64,000 bases of DNA from Chlorokybus atmophyticus (GCA_009103225.1 RHPI01001292.1:349243-413242), one strand, 5' to 3'. Counted from the stretch's first letter, positions 24,508 through 38,500 are shown. Made by a program: numbers and translations. The notes: generated by a model from the letters alone, not told the origin.

Positions 24508-27500
24508 TTACCTGTTCACCGAAGTAGCTTCCAGTCCAGGTATGGTGTGGATCCCAATCATGTCTGAACGGTCTGCGCGCAGGACTTCCAAGTACTTGCT
24601 GACAGCGTAGTTGCGGTGGTTGAATCTGCTGTCTCGTATATCATTTTCTGAGCCATGCACATCACCAGGTATACGCCGCTCTACTGGAAACGACCTGAAG
24701 ATAACAAAGCAGCTTGAATCACGCACTAAGAGGATGTGATGCACACATGCAGAGACACACAGATGCACAGGTGCAATCAATGCGCATGCGCATGCGTACA
24801 TGCGCATGCAGATGCACACACTCGCATACACATGATCCTTCCTCACCCAAGTACTGTATGCACCATCGCCTCTGCGGTGCCCAGCATAACCCCAGCGCAA
24901 AGGGAGTGCTGCATCCTGGGCTGCTAGCTGTTAGCAGCTGCCGAGGGGAGACACAGTATACCTTGGCTTGATGCACTAAAGTAGTGGTAACAAGTAACAA
25001 ACAATCTGCCCCCATTGCAGTTTAGCAAACCGTTGCCTGCATGTCTTGCTTTGCCTCTCTGCTTCTGCTCCTCAGCAGCTGCGGTGCGCATGCAATTTGG
25101 GAACATCACGTGATCTGGACCGCCGCCTTCAGGAAAGGCCGCTGGCTGCCGGACACGCTCCCTGCCTTGGCCTGTGCCAGGCTGGGATGCAGCACTGCCG
25201 TAGCCGCCGGATTGACCGGCATAACTACCGGCGGCAGAGTACGTCGGATTACGTTGGCGTAGCTTAGTGACGTATTCTTCGGGTCCAGAGGGGATGGCTC
25301 AATGCGGGTCACCTCTGCAAGGGCAGGACTAAAGATGTGAGTAGCCATCCTGAATTGCTGCTTTGTGTGGAAGTTCTTGCACACACCGCTGGCACGACCC
25401 CTGTGCCAGTGACGTGCAAGGCAGCTGCGCATGCCTGACCAGAGTCATAATGTTGCTTGTACCAACTGCCACACGCGCAGAAGGCGTTGCTGCATCAAGC
25501 CTGCATACCCTAAAACGCTGCAGGTAGCAATATGCAATGATACAACCGTTCACAACCCATCCTAATGCATATGTTACGCGAGCTGCACCATGTTCTATAG
25601 AACGTAAGAACTTCTGCACTACGCACGCTACAGTATTACATATACACTGTGTGGCAAAGTGTGCAACAAAGCAAATACAAGGATGTTACAATACCAAATA
25701 CAATGTTGGCAGCTGCAATATTCCAAGGATGTGCACTCGCAGAGAACACGCCTTGGTTTCTCCAACAAACCGACACCCCACTCCATTTTACCGCCTTTGT
25801 TGATGCCTCTTAGTACAGTCATATGGCCCTGCAGGCTGGTTCCGAATCTGTGCGAAGCCAGGATTCGATGAGCTGATAGCCAAGTAACTGCACAGTGCTA
25901 CTGCAACATTTTCCAGATTCACTTACTGGAGACCAGAGGTTATATGGCTGAGTCTGTGGCGTTTCTGGAGAGTTGGCAACACGCCCACCCTTCTTGGCAA
26001 ATGCCTGCAGGACGCAAGTGTCTGGCGATCACTGTGTCATGTGCTACAAGTCATGCAAGGACACCCAAACCCAACACACCAGCTGACCTCATCCTCATTC
26101 TGCAGCAGTGCCGCCAACCGCTCTTCAGTATAGAGGTTCTCGCCGCCACCGCTGCTGCGCTTCTGTTTCTGTTTCTGCTGCTTTGCTTTGGCGCTGGAGG
26201 CTGGAGGCTTGGATAAACCGATTACCGGCTGCCCAGGCGGCTTCAAGCGGCTGGTTGAGTTGGTTGCCACAGGAGCAGCCGCAGCCTTGACTGGAGCAGC
26301 ATTCATCTCCAGTAGAGGCGGCCTGAATGGGGAGTTTGTGCAAACACACATACGCACACGCATGTGAATGCACACATTCATATGCACGCAGTTCAGGACA
26401 GACTTACCTCTCTTGCGTGCAAGACCGGGACTCCACTGCAGCCACAGCGCCGGAGTCACTTCTGGGCACAGTTGCCTCCGTTGCGGACATCCGCTGTATC
26501 AGAGTGGACGTGCGGGCGACTGGAATCTGCTCAACGGCAAAGACAACACTTCAAGCGTTGGCAAACACCAACCCGCTTGTGTGTGAGTATTAAATTTCTA
26601 CCTTGCACTGTGAGAAGTCCACAACTGGTCTCAAAGGCCGTCTTGGTGTTAGCTTGCTGGGTGTTGGGGCAGCATTGGTTTGAGTGTCGGCCGCTTGCAT
26701 TGCAGTAGAACACGGGCTTGCAGCGACTGAGGCCGCGGTGGGTGTCGCACTGCATGACTTGGCTGGTGACGCTTCAACCGGACGGTCAGCCATTGTTTGC
26801 TGCTGCTCAACTGCTTTAGCTGGCTCTGGGCTTGCTGTACTAGTATCAGGCAGCTGAAGCGGAGGGAGGCGCGGCGTCCTAGTCTCCAGGCTAGGTGTTC
26901 TTTTGGACTGTATGGGTTGCTTTGGAGTAGTCAGTGCTGGAGTAAACACTGCTGCCGCTTGCTTTGCTATTGCAGGCAATTGTTCTGTCATTTGCGCGCG
27001 TGTGTCGCAATCTGATGTGCTGGGCTGCTCAGCTTGTGGTCGTGACTCTGCGCAACAGCCACAGCAAATGAGACACATACGTACACATACATGACACATA
27101 CCGAAACCGCAGGCATTCGCTAACTTTCTGTACAGTGTTGCGTGGGCTTGATAGCAGTGATTCCTATTGCGCAACTCACCAACGCAACAATGGGTGGAGT
27201 TGGTGCTGAGGGCTATCATGTTGCATGACAAAAAGAGAGTGTTCTCCTGCAACAAATCAGTGACAAGCTTTTATTTTCTTTTCGCTGCAGTTCTGTCATA
27301 CTGTTGGTACATTGCATGCGACAAGGAGCTGGTCTCAATATAGCAGCATTGTGATAGCACCATCATGCAAGATGCTGATCATCTGCAATGCAACCTCCAG
27401 TCAATGCACGTACTGTCACTTTAGTCGCGCTGGGTACGTCCCTGGCAGGCACACTGCGGAGACATGCATCTTCCTCAAGTTGTTCGAGCCTTTCATCCAT

Positions 27501-28867
27501 CAACTGTGCGTCTGCAAATGATGCAAATGTCAACGCAACAAGCAGTGCCATGCTGCATCTTGAGAACCAAGTGACAAACTCAGCAACACATTTACCGCGC
27601 AAGTTTGCGAACGCCTCCCACGTCATGGTCTGGCGCGAGTTTGCTTTGAGGCGTGAAGGCAGCAACGAGTCTTGCTGTATGGGTTCGCAAGCCACCTGCA
27701 CATGCTTGTTGCCAGTTGTCGTGCATTCCTGGCAAGACTCAAGCATCAAACAGGTAAAAGCTTCCGATCAAGATTGACTGGAGTGCGCATGCTACCAGTT
27801 TGTGTACTCACCGGTGCAGTCGGTGCCTTTGCTAACACCGCACTTGCATTGACATCGGATAGCAACTCGTCATCTGTAAACGGCAGACTGAAAGGATTAC
27901 AAACTTCATGTTGTAATGGTTTGACGCTGTGTGCGTGTGGGGATACATGACTGTATCCTGCATTGTGAGCAGAGCTGATAGCCTCATCAGGTCAAGCTCA
28001 CTGACACGCAACAGTCAAGAGCTTTACATATTCAGTGTAAGTGCAGACTGAAGTACAGTTCAGTTCAGTAACAATTCAGCTCAAGTTAAAATGTGACACA
28101 CATGAAAGCCGAAGATGACAACAACACGTTCATGTGGGAGCAACAGCACAAACCTTCAACTGTGAATGCTTCAAACCAGTTGCTGTCCCGCAAAGTTCGT
28201 CGCATCCGCTTCCCGCGCACGGCAGACTGCCGACGACCGCATTGCTGCTCACACCTGCCCGACGCTGTCGGGCTTTCGCTGCGTGGCGGGCTTGCGGGCA
28301 ACTTGTCTTCCTCTGCAATAGGCTGCACATTGCGCCGTAAAGTAATCAGCGGTATAACTAGCAATATCACTTCCCATGCATCGCTGAGACTGTTTCAGAA
28401 GCAGTACCGAACAACAGGTGGTGAAACGGGCTTTGCTTGCAGGCGCATGCACAGCGTCATTCCCGCCTGTGATGGTACTCCCGCCTGGGGTCTTTGACTC
28501 GTCTGTCAGTGCATTGCTCTACTTTGGTGCTTAAGTCAACACGCAACACGGTACTAGCAACATCATCACTTTACAGTGCACTGTGCAGCTGTCACTGTCC
28601 TACAGCAGTCGGTAAATCTTTCTTTGAATCGCACAATGCCAATTCACAATGCGTGCAGTCTTTCCGGGAAATTGGTTCACATAGGTTCAATTGTTGAACA
28701 ACTGCGTGACGCATACCAGATGGGCGCAGTGGCGAAGGTGTGAACGGCAGCTTGCCAACCGGGGAGCAGCTGGCGGCCCCTCCTCCTTTCGCAGAAGCAC
28801 CAACAACCTCCACGAGCGGCGAGCCCCCAGTATGAACGCTCAAATCTAACAGACCCTCAGCGTCCAT
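24508..28867 (-). CDS. Unidentified multi-exon, Ser/Pro-rich hypothetical gene (possibly two genes); only some exons resolvable
   Basis: ATG at 28867 (MDAEGLLDLSVHTGGSPLVEVV...TPSPLRPSG|gtatgc). Further GT-AG-bounded open segments include ENLYTEERLAALLQNEDE|AFAKKGGRVANSPETPQTQPYNLWSP| and, near 24.6 kb, SFPVERRIPGDVHGSENDIRDSRFNHRNYAVSKYLEVLR. No family recognised. Confidence 0.4.
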
Positions 28868-29847
28868 GCCCTGCAAGAGAGATCGACCCTTTGGACCCCC
28901 TCCTCCTCCTCTTCCTCCTCCTCCTCCGCCCCCGCCGCCTAAAACCCTAATCGCTTCCCGCCAAATAAAACCCCAAGTTCGAATGTTCGAACCAAGCTTG
29001 CAGTCAACGGCCAAAGGCGATGATTGTTTGATAACAACAAGTGAAGTGATATCTGTTCTATCTGGTTTAGACCAGGCCGCCGCTGCCTGTCGCCGCTGCC
29101 GTCGCCGTCGTCATTGACGTTGTGGTCGTGGTCGCCGTTTCCGCTCCCGGTCGGTGCGTCGTCATAGAGGGAGGAGCACGAGGAGATCAGGCTTGCAGGC
29201 TGCGGCAGCTGGTAGGTGAGCGCTTTGCAATCGCACTGGCGGGGGTTGCCAACCTAGACAGGCAGGCCACTGAGCCTTGACAAGGCTAGGCTCTGAGTCT
29301 CCGCCTTTTCAGAGCTTTGTGATTGTCGTCTTCAGTTGACTTCCAGTCCAATGGTTGCTGCGCGAGTGTCGCGTAGAGTGCTGATCACGCCGCAAAGCAG
29401 CTGCTGCTCGCTGCATTGTTGCTGGTTTGCTGCTTGCTTGGTCGGCAGCAATGACGGCTGCTTTGCAGTCAACAAGTGTTGCAGCCGCTTTTTGTGAGTT
29501 GCTTACACGCAGTTTAAGATCAGTCAGTGACCTTTCTTGCGGCGTTCTGTGTGATTGTTAGCTTCACATGTCATTTCAATTGCACAACATATTAGCGACT
29601 GCCTTCATCACCTGCACAAAGCCGAGGTTACTGCTGGCTGCTTCCATTTTGTTTGGTTGGTTTCAATCTTGTGTGATGACAGTTGATGCCGTAGCGTTTG
29701 TCAGTTCATTCTACAACGAGGTGGCATTGTGGAAGTTCCATCAGCTGTGATTCAAACCAGTTGTTTGGTGGCGCCTCAGCTTGTCAGTGCAAGCATCACA
29801 CATTATAAGCAGACGAAGCGTGAGCAGGTCGAAAGAAGGCGAAAGCC

Positions 29848-31392
29848 ATGCCACAGAAGAAGCGCAACAACAAGAAAAAGAACGGCCCTGCAACAGCAGC
29901 ACCAAGCAATGTGAAGACCACAAACCCAGGTTAGTCTCCATATAATACATTGCAACGCAAGCCAACCAACTGTACAGTCCCCGCTAGCTGTACTGTGATT
30001 GAACTTGTTCAAGAATTGTGAACAGCATTGTCACAAGACACAGCGTGCAGACCGGTGTGTATGTGTGGAGGGTTGGTTACTTAGGTTTAACGCGCATGTG
30101 TTCTCATGTTCTTTGGCTTGAAAGGTGCGGAAGCATGTGAGGACGAGGGCAGCACCCCTGGCTCAAGTGTAGCGAGCACGCCTCGTAGCCCTCCGCTGTC
30201 TCCCAAAGACGCCAACAGCGCCCCAAAGCCATCTGATGGGAAGCAGCCTGTAAGCTACACGCATCTCCAACTCAAAACTTGTAGTGTTGACTTGCATGCA
30301 GTACATGTGGGTCGCGGTGTGGACTTTTGTGGGTGTTAACTTGTTCGACTGTGTACAGGCTGCGGTGGCAAGTGCGGCAAGCAGTGCAGCAGCCAAACAG
30401 CAAACCAATCCGAAGCAAGAAGCGGAGTTGAAGGCCAAACAGGACACTGAAGCAAAGGCACAGCAGGAGGCTGAAGCTAGGGCGAAGCAACAAGCAGCGG
30501 AAACGAAAGCCTTGCAGGAGGCTGAAGCAAGCGTGAAGCAGGAGGCAGAAGCGAAAGCCAAGCAAGAAGCTGAAGCTAAGGCAAAGCAACAAGCAGAAGC
30601 CAAGGCCAAGCAGGAAGCTGAAGCCAAGGCGAAGCAACAAGCAGCACAAGCGAAAGCCAAGCAGCAAGCGGAAGCCAAAGCTAAGCAGGAAGTGGACGCT
30701 AAGGCAAAGCAAGACGCCGAAGCTAAGGCTAGGCTACAGGCGGAAGCAAAAGCCAAGCAGGAAGCTGAAGCGAAGGCGCAGCAACAAGCGGAAGCAAAGG
30801 CCAAGCAGGATGCAGAAGCGTTGAAAGCGAAGCAAGCAGCAGAGGCGAAGGCAAGGCAACAGCAGGAGGAAGCTCAGCGACAAGTTGAAGAGACACTCAG
30901 GTTGCTATCAGAGCAGAAGCGCGCAACAGAGAGCACTTCGCAGAGTGACAAGAAGACTGTGCGCTTTGCGAATGAGTCATCATTGCACAGGGCCGAATCA
31001 GCTGCAAATAGCACACCCACAGTCCCGCAGTCACCCCCGCGGCAACAGGCTGTCGCAGAAGAGATCGCGCGACGCAAGGAGGCGGACAAGGCCCTCAAGC
31101 AGGCCCTCAAGCAGGACGTCGGTAGCAACACCGCACGAGGGTCTCCTAAGTCACTCAAGATAATCCCACCTGATCAGGTGCAGTGTGCATGTGTGTGTGT
31201 GCGCATGTGCGCGTGTGTTCACTGCGAGTGTAGTGTGCGTTGGTAGCTTATGTTGCGAACATCACACCAATCAATCAACAACTCTCTTACTATTGCAACT
31301 TGCAGACTGCCAGGGGTTCACTCGTGGAGCCGTTGTTGGACGGGGCAACAACCAAGAAAGAACGGAGGTGCTGTGGCTGCACCATCTCATGA
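29848..31392 (+). CDS. Ala/Lys/Gln/Glu 8-residue-repeat helical protein with a C-terminal CCGCTIS (CaaX) motif; four exons
   Basis: MPQKKRNNKKK...TNPG|AEACEDEG...KQP|AAVAS, then about 18 KQEAEAKA-type units, then IIPPDQ|TARGSLVEPLLDGATTKKERRCCGCTIS*. Intron phases are consistent; exon 3 is 30359-31177 and exon 4 is 31306-31392. Confidence 0.8.
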
Positions 31393-31811
31393 GAGTCAGT
31401 CCGCGTCGCACACCAGTTTTTTTGCCATGTTGCTGCCACCACACGCGCGCGGTCCGCAGCGTTTACCGCACAGCAGAGAAGACAAACAGCCGGAGTACAG
31501 TTAAGAGCCGCAGCACAAGTTTCAGACAACATGGTTGTAGATTAGCTCAGTAGCTAGTTTGGAGATTTTGGAACTAGTTCTAGAGAGTGGAGTTACCCAG
31601 TGTCATGGCCCATGCCACTTGCTCTATCAGTACACATTCACACCGAGCAGCTTCGTCAATACAGTTGGTGGCATACCACGAATTATACCCTATGCGTACA
31701 GTGCATGCACGGCTCTGTATGCGAAATGCAGATATAGTACATTACATTGCAGTATCCTGCACAAAGCCTTGCTGCTAACACTGTACAGCATCTGTATATA
31801 TCCGCAAAGCA

Positions 31812-34228
31812 TCATTGACGGGTCTCCGCAAGAAGCGCCTTCGCAAGTTCGATGTGCAGCGCGTGACTGGCCTGTATCACCCAAAACGTGTGTTTGGTTG
31901 TAGTTTGTATGCTTGTCGTTACCAATCCAATGTGCCCGTCATATGACTAGCTAACGTTGCACATGGCTGTGAGCATAGTTGCTTCAGGCACATCGCGTAT
32001 GTACATGCATGCATGCATGCATGCATGCGTGTGTGCGAGCGCATGCACGCATGCTGGTATGCAGTGCGTGCGCACGTGTGTGGTGTTGCTAACACTGTGT
32101 GTTGTGGTCATTGGGCAACGATCAATGGTCCGAGGCAAGTCTTGCGCACCTTGTAAGCGACCACATGCGCAACGGGCAAGCCGGGGTTGCCATTCATGTT
32201 CAAGAGCGCCAGGTCGCCAATCAGATCGAGCAGCTTGTGCCTGCACGGCTCGTTGGCAAAGCGCAACGGCGGGTTCACCCAGCCAGTCTTCATGCTGCAA
32301 AGCACACAACCATACCGCATCATACTCAGCAAATTATCGCTGAACCTGTGAGGTAATACCTGCACACCAGGGCATTCTCCAACGATCCGCCCTTGATCAA
32401 ACCCATTGCGCGCAACTGCTCAATCTGCAAGACAAGGCAATAGCTTGAGTAACAAATGTGCACGTGCACAAGTATGCGCTTGCGCACGCACGCACTCACG
32501 CATGTGTAGGCACAAACCCGCAAAAACGCCAAATCTATAACACGCATGCTCAATCATCAACGTGTTCATGCTGACACCGCGTATAAGTGCTACCTGTTCG
32601 AGTATGCCGAACGTGCGCGCGGGCGCAACCTCCTCCTCGTAACTCTCCGCCGGCGTCCACGAGTACCATTGACTCCCCACCACAGGCAACTACAACATCA
32701 CACCACATCACCACACAACCCGCACACGCCACCTCCACTCCTTTCATTACACACCTGCGGGAAGTCTATCCCGTACGTGAGTCTTGTCTCGTTGGCGGGG
32801 AACGCAGCCACGAAGGCGTCGCCGCCTGTGACGGTGATGGGCTTGTGGACATGTAGAGGGACGCGGGAGTGGTGGGAATGTTGGGGTGAAGTGTTGTTGT
32901 TGGAGTGAGCGGGGATGACGCCGGAGTCGCGGATGGCGGCGACCCAGTCACGCGCGGAGCCGTCAAGCAAGGGGACCTGCATGAGGAGATGTGATACACA
33001 GCAACATGAGTTCGAGATATGTGCACGTGTGCGCGCGCGTGCGTGTGTATGCGCGTGGTTGTGCGTGTAGGCACTCACACGCGTGCGCACGCACACACAT
33101 GTGCATGGCTGTGTATATGTATCTGTTGACGCGCACACACGCATACAGGCGTGCGTGCGTGCACATGTACACGTGTTGGTGCGCACATGCCTGCACATGT
33201 ACATGCGCATGTGTGTATGCAGCCCCACATACACGTGTATCTGTATATCTTGTACCACCAGCTACCAGCTCAGCATCATGACCTTCCATGTACGTTCCCC
33301 ACACTACTACCCACCTCCGCTCCGCCCCGTAATTCAATCCGCGCGTTATCCACCCCGCACCCTTCCAACGCAGATAGCAGGTGCTCGACCGTTCTGATAG
33401 AAGTGTCCTTCGCTCCATCCCCAAGCGTCGTGCTCAGTTGGGTGTCGACCACGCTGTCGACCGTCGCCGCCACACGAAGCTGAGCCAGGAGACATAGATG
33501 AATACACACGTGCATGTACACGCACGCATGCACGCATGCACGCATACGTACGCATGCGCGCACACGCGCATGTGTGCGCCAACACCCGTGCAGATGCTAT
33601 ACTTGTATCAGAGCAGTAGCCAACTGAGGTAAGTGGTTGTTTCGATGGTGGTGTACTACCTCTTTGTTGTTGTCGTCAAAACAGGCAAAGTAGCGTCCTT
33701 CACCAGCTGCTGCAGGCATCACTCTCACCTGAGAAAATATACTTACTCTACTGCATGCAGCCATGCATTGCTATACACAGAGTAGCAGCTCTATGCGCCA
33801 TTATCAGAAGTAAAGTGAATCTACAAAAGGTACGACAGGATTATCATCCTTGAACAAATTATGGTGCAACAGTGTCTGACTTGTTGAAAAAGAATACGCG
33901 TACAGGTAATACAAAGTCCTCTGCCTCACACCTCAGCCAGCTCGCCGAGGTGAAGGCCCACGCCTGAGCGAGTGAACGCTGACCGCAGAGTGCACTGCTG
34001 CGAGGAGGATGTGGCGGCGGCGGCGGCGTTTTTTGATGATGATGAGGAGGAGGAGTTGGCAGTGGCGGAGGAGGAGGACGAGGCGGAGGGAGTGGAGGAG
34101 GAGGGTAGTGTGGCTACCACAGTCATGAGCGTTGAGGTCCTTCGCCTGCGCGAGAGGGATGTCAAGCGCATGCGAGCAGTGGAGTGCGCCGCTACGGATG
34201 CCGCAGCGGCCGCCGCCGCCGCCGCCAT
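31812..34228 (-). CDS. lpxC: UDP-3-O-acyl-N-acetylglucosamine deacetylase with an Ala/Ser/Arg-rich N-terminal targeting extension
   Basis: [91 protein letters not shown]|[13 protein letters not shown]. Zinc ligands (HLL, HK.LD) are intact. Stop at 31812-31814. Confidence 0.97.
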
Positions 34229-35505
34229 CGTTGCCGCCGCGGCCAGCAACAACGCCAACGTCGCCAGCAATGGCGCCAAAGTGTTGCAGCGGACATCAAC
34301 GCAAGTCATGTCTACATCTACACTTGTATACAGACTGTCTTGTATCCTCATCGCTGTATGTTAAGCATCCCGATATCGTTTACAGCCTCTACATCGGACT
34401 GTAACGGCGCGTTAGTTAACCGACGAGGGTGTATATCTGCTGCGCACGTGAGGAAGTGCTCAGCAAGCAAAGCAGTCAAACTTTACTACTGTTACCACTT
34501 CTTACTGCGCTGATATACATGGTGCCCTGCGGCGGCGGTTTCAGGTGAATGAGGACCCTGTTGTAAATAGCTCATTTAATTAGATTAAAACAATCACTGT
34601 GGTAGGAAGCGGCAGATTAGCGACAAGCACAAGTTTGCATTAAACGCAATAAAGGGGCTAACTATAGGCTGCAGTCAGGGGCCTGTGCTGGTCAGAGATC
34701 ACAAGAGCTAAGGCAGAGAAGAGATTAAAGAGAGTAAGAGTACGAGAGATAAGAGCCACCTTTAGTGAATCAAAAGTTTGACTGTGACTGAGTCTCCTCA
34801 CAGCAACGCAGCCCCTCTGGTACCAAGTAGGGGGTGTTAGTGCTGCCACTTGGCAAAACAACACCCCAAACTATCTCTTTCTCTCTCCCTCAGGACCGTG
34901 TGTATCTGTAACTGGTGGGAGGCAGAGAGAGAGAATGGACCGGTCCCAGGCTTTGACTGTAACGTCTAGCAATGATACTGCTGCTGTTGAGTATGACCAG
35001 CCCAGACTAGGCTGGTATATAGACCAGGCCAGAACAGCCACTACTTCAGTAGACCGACAAGCTACAGTCGCAGACCAGCGGCCTGGTCCGCTCACACCCA
35101 CACTCTCCTCCAGCCACTACAAGGAGGAGGAGCAGGACAGGGACAGAGAGGTGCTGCAAGAGAGAGGGTTAGGGGTTGGTTGACCAGGCCAAACTCCACA
35201 CCAGACCAGGCTGTGCAGCAGGCCAAAGGAGAGCAGGCGACCAGAACAGACCGGAGTGCACAGTGGAGAGACCAGGCTGCTGCTGCTGTTGCTGCTGCTG
35301 CGTGGTGTCGCAGACTTGTGGTGTGCATGAGCAAACTTAGGTGGGTGAGGTTGGAGAGTTTGACTACACTCGATGACAATGTGTGACACTTTCCCGCTCT
35401 GTGACACTCTGTCATACACAACACCAACTCGCTCGCCACAAAGCCACAGCCACACTCACTGTGTTTTTGTCCCCTGCAGCTGTGCTCTCCTCCCCGGCGC
35501 CAGCC

Positions 35506-38500
35506 ATGGCTCGCCCAGCCCACCTCCTCCTCTTCCTCCTCCTGGGGGTTCTCCTCTCTCACCCCACCTCCGCCCAGTATGACAACTCCACCTCCTACCC
35601 CGGCGACGAGCTCTTCCCCCTCTCCTCCGGCGTCTCTCCCTTCCCCGACGACCCCTCCCTCGTCGCCTCCGTCCAGGCCGCCCCGCAACCCCCCGCCCCC
35701 GCGGTCCTGACGGGAACCGTCTTCTGCGACGCGTGCAGGGATGGGAAGATGGGAGGAGCGCCGGATAGGGCACTGAGTGGGGTGCAGGTCATCGTCGTTT
35801 GCAGAGGTGAGGGGGGGGAGAAGGGTGTGGGTGTATCTGTATCTGTACTACAGATACAGATACAGAGCTTGTATCTGTACCTGTACCTGTATCTGTATCT
35901 GTGTGCATGTACGTTGTTGTTGATGTTGGTGTGTTGATTACTAACTCACCTCCTCCTCCTCCTCTCTGCAGCTACCGACAACACCATCTACAAGCACTTC
36001 GCCTTGACTGACTCCAAGGGTTTCTGGCGCGCTTCGGTCCGCAGCGTGGAGACGGAGTGGTACGCCCGCAAGCGTTTCGCCAACTGCACGGTGCACCCGT
36101 ACCGCAACCCACACAGCGACTGCAACACGATGATCGGACATGATAATTGTGCGCTGGATGCCGTGATGAAAGATTTGAGGTCAGGGGTCACGTATGGGGT
36201 CACGCCCAGGTGCTATACCGGAGCGAACAGACCAGCCGCGCCGGCGTGCCCAACACCGACGGCGAGCGCGGTGAGTGGGCATATACACTTATGCACAAGT
36301 GCGCGTACCAGTGTGTCAAAACACACATGTCCTTGCGTGCGTGCGTGCGTGCGTGTGCGTGTGTACATGTGAGGTTTTACTCCTGCCTGCGTCTGTGCGT
36401 GTGCGTGTTCGTGTGCGCATGCGTGTGCGCGTCTATGCACGCCTCTATCTACGCTTGCGTGCACATGTATGCGTCACACTGATACAATGATCGTTCTAAC
36501 ACATCCCCTCCACTCCACAGCCCGAGATCAACCCGACCGTTGGTCTCCGCACCCTCCGCAAGGACCACCCTCGTCTCCTCATCACCTCTTCCCAGGTCTC
36601 TTCCATGCGTTCCACTTGCAACGCTCCTTCCGGTCCACTGCGCGGCCCGGCCTATTGGATGTGTTGGTCCAACCTCAACACGGCCAACGACTACAAGAAG
36701 ACTCGCTTGTCCTCATTCCAGACCGACAACGGCCTCGGGATGGCCAGGGCCGCCATGGATAGGATCAGTTCACTCGCGGGGGCGTGGTTGGGTACCGGTG
36801 ATGCGAGCTTTGCGGGTGTGGCGAGGGAAGACTTGAGGTATCATGTGTTGGGGAGCACCAACTGGAACCCGGATAACTCGGTGGACCCCGGGTATCTGAA
36901 TATTGGGATGAGTCTGCAAGCAGCAGCGCTGGGATATGACTGGTTGTACTCGGAGCTGTCCACATCAGAGAGAGCTGTAAGTGAACGAGGTCACTCGCTT
37001 GTTGGCTCAGGCACCAAACACACACACACACACACACACACTGATACTCCCCTCTCCCCTCCAGGCTGTCTGGAACGCTGTCAAATACAAGGCTTTCCTC
37101 CCCGCTCTGGACCAATCCTCTCTGGAATACTTCTCCCAGACCTCCACCAACCTCAACGTGAACGTGTTGAGCGGTTACATCTCCGCCGCACTGGCCTTCG
37201 CGGACGTGGACTACGCGTTGTGTCGACAGATCCTCCTGCGTGCGGTGCCCGGGTTCAGCGCGGGGATGGGCATGATGAACCCAACAGGAGGGTGGTTTGA
37301 GAGCTATGTGTACTTGAGCATGATAGGGATGCATGCGGCCATAGCCATGTCGGCAATGGAGACGGCCATGGGAAGTGACTTTGCCATCGGGACGAGATAT
37401 GGCGTGCGACAATCATGTAAGAGAGGAGTTGATGTTGCTACTGTTGCTGTTGTGAGAGCTGTCTTGTACATGCACATGTGTGTAAAGTGCGCGCACGCAC
37501 GCATGTGCGCACACACGCACACCTGCACCCACATACTCACACTTACCCACACCTCCTCTCCTCAGCTTACTTCCGTGCTCACGGCGTGTCTCCATTGGGC
37601 GCCTTCTTCCACTTTGGCGACGACTCCACCACCGACAAAGCCATCTCCGCCCAGCTCTCTTTCTACTTGGCCGGCCGCACCGCCGACCAATGGTTGATGA
37701 ACTACGAGTCCAACTTGCGTGCAACAGGAGGCCCATACAAAGTCTTTTGGTCTGCTCGCAACACCAACGTGTTCAATGGGTTGGCCAAGTCCACACCACC
37801 CCCACTCGACGCACGCTTCCAGGGCTACCAGCTCGATAATGTGTACATGCGTACGGCGTGGGACAACGCTAATGCGGGGTGGATTGCTGTGAAGGGTGGA
37901 CAGAACCCGTGGAAGCCTTCGGGTGTGCACAACCACTTGGACTTGGGTTCCTTTGCGTTTGTTTTGAATGGAGTGGAGTGGTTCGGGGACCTCGGGGCCG
38001 ATAGTTACTCACTCAGTAGGTACTTCAACGACCGTTACGTGTACTATCGCCCACGCACGGAGGGACACAACACGTTGGCGATCGCCACAACCACGCAGAA
38101 AGAGCTCCAACTCAACAACCAGCCTCTCCACTCCTACTCCAAGAATGTTGGCTTCTACTCTTCACCGACACGTTCACACACCGTGTTGGACCTCACCAAC
38201 GCATATCCCGACAGCAAATCGGCTTACCGTGGACTCGCTCTACTCAAAGATGTGCCTGGAGGACTAGCGAGGATGCTTGTTCAAGATGAGATTGTGGCGA
38301 AGGGAGCTGCGATTGATGTGGTGAGCATGTTTCATACGAGGGCGGCGGTGAGTATTGCGCTGGATAGGAGATCGGTGGTGCTGACGCAAGGGGGGCAGAG
38401 ACTGAGGGGGTACATCCTAACTACCGATGGATACTTCTTGTAAGTGACAATGAGATGCACGCAACTACACATACACACACGTGAATGCACACAAGCCCAC

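Noticed and set aside
25630-25860. TDBD/zinc-binding domain suggested by GVLCEC
   Set aside because: The frame does not splice consistently and the expected downstream FE.HAG motif is absent.
30284-31246. Bacterial TolA by horizontal transfer or contamination
   Set aside because: Similarity is compositional only; the gene has spliceosomal introns and a CaaX tail, and lacks TolA's TM anchor and domain III.
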